From positions 4,772-68,771 of the forward strand of contig CASFID010000055.1 in assembly GCA_949294665.1 (NCBI GenBank): DNA of 64,000 bases. Direction: 5' to 3'. This stretch comes from an uncultured Eubacteriales bacterium. Lineage in GTDB: Bacteria > Bacillota > Clostridia > Lachnospirales > Lachnospiraceae. The notes beneath the pieces were generated by a model. The model saw nothing but the letters and a program-made list of their open reading frames with translations, did no database searches and was not told the origin of the DNA. Shown one piece after another: positions 61,333 through 64,000 of this stretch (its first letter is position 1; each line of letters opens with the position of its first letter). The translations under genes and the position numbers were made by a program.

Positions 61333-61361
61333 TTGACATTTTACAAGAGGTATACTACTAT
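61333..61361 (+). promoter_or_regulatory. SigA promoter of recA
   Basis: TTGACA-17-TACTAT. Confidence 0.75.
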
Positions 61362-61372
61362 ATTAAAAGACG

Positions 61373-61386
61373 CGAACAACTGTTCG
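61373..61386. promoter_or_regulatory. LexA (SOS/Cheo) box
   Basis: CGAAC-aact-GTTCG, the Firmicute consensus, just downstream of the recA -10. Confidence 0.88.
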
Positions 61387-61411
61387 ATGCGAGAAAAGGA
61401 GAATCTATCTT

Positions 61412-62554
61412 ATGGCAGGAAATGATGAAAAGAAGAAAGCTTTGGATGCGGCTATCGCAAAATTAGAGAAAGATTTCGGCAAGGGGACGGTGATGAAACT
61501 GGGCGATTCCAGCGCTCATGTATCGGTGGAGACCGTTCCGACAGGATGTCTCAGCCTTGATCTGGCGCTCGGGCTTGGCGGCGTGCCGAAAGGGCGTATC
61601 ATTGAGATCTACGGGCCGGAGTCGAGCGGAAAGACTACGGTGGCGCTCCACATGATCGCCGAAGTGCAGAAGAGGGGAGGCATCGCGGGATTTATCGATG
61701 CTGAGCATGCGATGGATCCGGTGTACGCAAAGAATATCGGAGTGGATATCGACGAACTTTACATATCGCAGCCCGACAGCGGCGATCAGGCGCTTGAGAT
61801 CGCGGAGACGATGGTCCGCTCAGGAGCGATCGACATCATTGTCATCGACTCCGTGGCCGCTCTGGTGCCGAGACAGGAGATCGAGGGAGACATGGGAGAC
61901 AGTCATGTGGGACTCCAGGCGAGACTGATGTCTCAGGCTCTGAGAAAGCTCACACCGGTGATCAGCAAGTCTAACTGTGTTGTGATCTTTATCAATCAGC
62001 TCCGCGAGAAAGTCGGCGTCATGTTCGGTAATCCTGAGACAACGACGGGAGGGCGGGCGCTTAAATTCTATGCTTCCGTGCGTATGGATGTGAGAAGGAT
62101 CGAGACGCTCAAGCAGAGCGGGGAGATGGTCGGCAACCGCACACGTATAAAGATCGTGAAGAATAAGATCGCTCCTCCGTTCAAAGAGGCTGAGTTTGAC
62201 ATCATGTTCGGAAAGGGGATCTCAAGAGAGGGAGATATCCTTGACCTTGCGGCAGGGATCGATCTGATAAAGAAGAGCGGTGCATGGTATGCGTACGAGG
62301 GAGAGAAGATCGGTCAGGGCCGGGAGAATGCAAAGGCATATCTTGCAAGTCATCCGGAACTGATGGAGGAGTTGGATCACAAGGTGCGCGAATATTATCA
62401 TCTGGAAGGCGAGGGCGGGAACGCGTCCGCGCAGTCTGAGGATGGAGCGGCAGAGGAGAAAGCCTCTCAGAAAAAAGAAGCCGGGAAAAAGTCAGAAGAT
62501 AAAAAGACGGGCGCTGACAGCGGACTCGCGCTGAAAGGCGGGAAGAAAGAATGA
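61412..62554 (+). CDS. recA: Recombinase RecA
   Basis: [29 protein letters not shown]. Confidence 0.99.
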   Translation: MAGNDEKKKALDAAIAKLEKDFGKGTVMKLGDSSAHVSVETVPTGCLSLDLALGLGGVPKGRIIEIYGPESSGKTTVALHMIAEVQKRGGIAGFIDAEHAMDPVYAKNIGVDIDELYISQPDSGDQALEIAETMVRSGAIDIIVIDSVAALVPRQEIEGDMGDSHVGLQARLMSQALRKLTPVISKSNCVVIFINQLREKVGVMFGNPETTTGGRALKFYASVRMDVRRIETLKQSGEMVGNRTRIKIVKNKIAPPFKEAEFDIMFGKGISREGDILDLAAGIDLIKKSGAWYAYEGEKIGQGRENAKAYLASHPELMEELDHKVREYYHLEGEGGNASAQSEDGAAEEKASQKKEAGKKSEDKKTGADSGLALKGGKKE

Positions 62555-63165
62555 TTGTCACGGGACTTGAGCCGTGTACGAAGACAAAGTATAAAGTGTA
62601 TCTGGACGGGGAGTTTGCCTTTGTGCTGTACAAGGGCGAACTTTCCCGTTTTGGTATCCGTGAGGGCGGAAAGCTGCAGGACGACACTCTGGAGAAGATC
62701 CGTTCGGAAGTGCTGCTGAAGCGGGCGAAGCTGCGCGCTCTTCATCTGCTCGAGGATATGGATCGAACGGAAGCGGCTCTCAGAGACAAGCTGCTGAGGG
62801 GACTCTGTCCGCCGGACATCGCTGAGAAGGCGATCGAGTACGTGCGTTCTTTCGGATATCTGGACGACGCCAGATTTGCGGAGAATTTTGTCAGGAGCCG
62901 TCAGGGGACGAAGAGCAGACGGGAGATCCGTGCGGCTCTCCTTAAGAAAGGCGTATCCCCGGAACTGATCGATCAGGCGTTTGAGTCCTGTTTCAAAGAG
63001 GGAGATGAGGAAGATGCGATCCGCAGGATCCTGCGGAAAAAGAAGTTTGATCCCGGGCATTTTCAGGAAGAAGACCGGCAGAAGCTGTACGCATATCTCG
63101 CAAGAAAAGGCTTTCGTTATGATACGGTCCGTCAAGTAATACAAAATTATAAGTACGATGCTTGA
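62551..63165 (+). CDS. recX: Regulatory protein RecX
   Basis: [26 protein letters not shown]; ATGA overlap with recA. Confidence 0.9.
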   Translation: MIVTGLEPCTKTKYKVYLDGEFAFVLYKGELSRFGIREGGKLQDDTLEKIRSEVLLKRAKLRALHLLEDMDRTEAALRDKLLRGLCPPDIAEKAIEYVRSFGYLDDARFAENFVRSRQGTKSRREIRAALLKKGVSPELIDQAFESCFKEGDEEDAIRRILRKKKFDPGHFQEEDRQKLYAYLARKGFRYDTVRQVIQNYKYDA

Positions 63166-63190
63166 CATTGTTGTGAAAACAGTATAAAAT
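63162..63190 (+). promoter_or_regulatory. SigA promoter of rny, overlapping the recX stop
   Basis: TTGACA-17-TAAAAT. Confidence 0.7.
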
Positions 63191-63250
63191 TTAACTGTTG
63201 TATTTAAGTATATGTACAATGAAAATTGAATAAGGAGGTGCTCCTGTGCA

Positions 63251-64000
63251 ATGAATCCAGGCTTAAGTATCGTCATTGCCGTGGCCCTCGCGTTGATAGT
63301 TGGGATCATCTCTCACTTCGTGACTATCTCCAATCTCAGAAAGAATGCTGAAAGTAAGATCGGAAATGCGGAGAAGAGAGCAAGAGAGATCATCGACGAT
63401 GCTGTGAAGACCGCAGAGACAACGAAGAAGGAAGCTCTTTTGGAAGTCAAGGAAGAATCCATCAAGACAAAGAATGATCTTGAAAAAGAGACGAAAGAAA
63501 GAAGAGCCGAACTGCAGCGCTATGAAAAAAGAGTGCTCGCAAAGGAAGAAGCGGTCGACAAGCGTTCCGATGTTCTGGAACATCGTGAGAACAAACTTAC
63601 GTCAAAGGAAGAACAACTCCGCCAGCGTGAAGCCAAGGTAGAAGAACTGAGTCAGAAACGTGTGCAGGAACTGGAACGAATCTCAGGACTAACCTCCGAA
63701 CAGGCAAAAGAATATCTGTTGAAAACTGTTGAAGAAGATGTGAAACATGATACTGCAAAGATGGTAAGGGAGCTGGAAGCCCAGGCGAAGGAAGACGCGG
63801 ACAAGAAAGCAAAAGAGTATGTTGTCAGCGCCATCCAGAGATGCGCCGCAGACCATGTTGCAGAGACGACGATATCCGTCGTACAGCTTCCGAGCGATGA
63901 GATGAAAGGACGTATCATCGGGCGTGAAGGAAGAAATATCCGGACGCTTGAGACGCTCACCGGCGTCGAACTCATTATCGACGACACGCCCGAGGCGGTC
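63251..64000 (+). CDS. rny: Ribonuclease Y (5' part; runs off the window end; absent from the ORF track)
   Basis: ATG 63251, [13 protein letters not shown]..., coiled coil, then [21 protein letters not shown] motif and IIDDTPE. Confidence 0.95.
   Translation, partial: MNPGLSIVIAVALALIVGIISHFVTISNLRKNAESKIGNAEKRAREIIDDAVKTAETTKKEALLEVKEESIKTKNDLEKETKERRAELQRYEKRVLAKEEAVDKRSDVLEHRENKLTSKEEQLRQREAKVEELSQKRVQELERISGLTSEQAKEYLLKTVEEDVKHDTAKMVRELEAQAKEDADKKAKEYVVSAIQRCAADHVAETTISVVQLPSDEMKGRIIGREGRNIRTLETLTGVELIIDDTPEAV

Overview
A 64 kb stretch of core chromosome from a spore-forming Clostridia, most likely Lachnospiraceae (inferred from gene content and style). It is gene-dense. I found no rRNA, tRNA, CRISPR array, prophage or IS element. 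It holds the tail of a ydjIHGF-like sugar-acid catabolic cluster, PBP1A with a Gly-rich repeat tail, yigZ, hpf, typA, a tandem-OB SSB-like gene, dapB-fbp plus an extra RpoD-like sigma, His6-type hisA, secA-prfB (+1 frameshift), hom-apgM, a PadR/DUF1700/DUF4097 operon, an amino-acid ABC transporter, purF-purB, gltX, luxS, sigG, pth-mfd, fprA and recA-recX-rny. The best candidate for an undescribed system is the three-gene operon at 27770-33113. It encodes a 1100-aa Ig/alpha-solenoid protein, a DnaK-collinear protein that has lost both phosphate-binding loops, and a TPR-like partner. The window also carries several apparent pseudoenzymes: a sirtuin without its catalytic His, a GlgX without the GH13 triad, and an FMN-binding domain without the flavinylation motif. 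All family assignments come from motifs recognised by eye; no database search was run.
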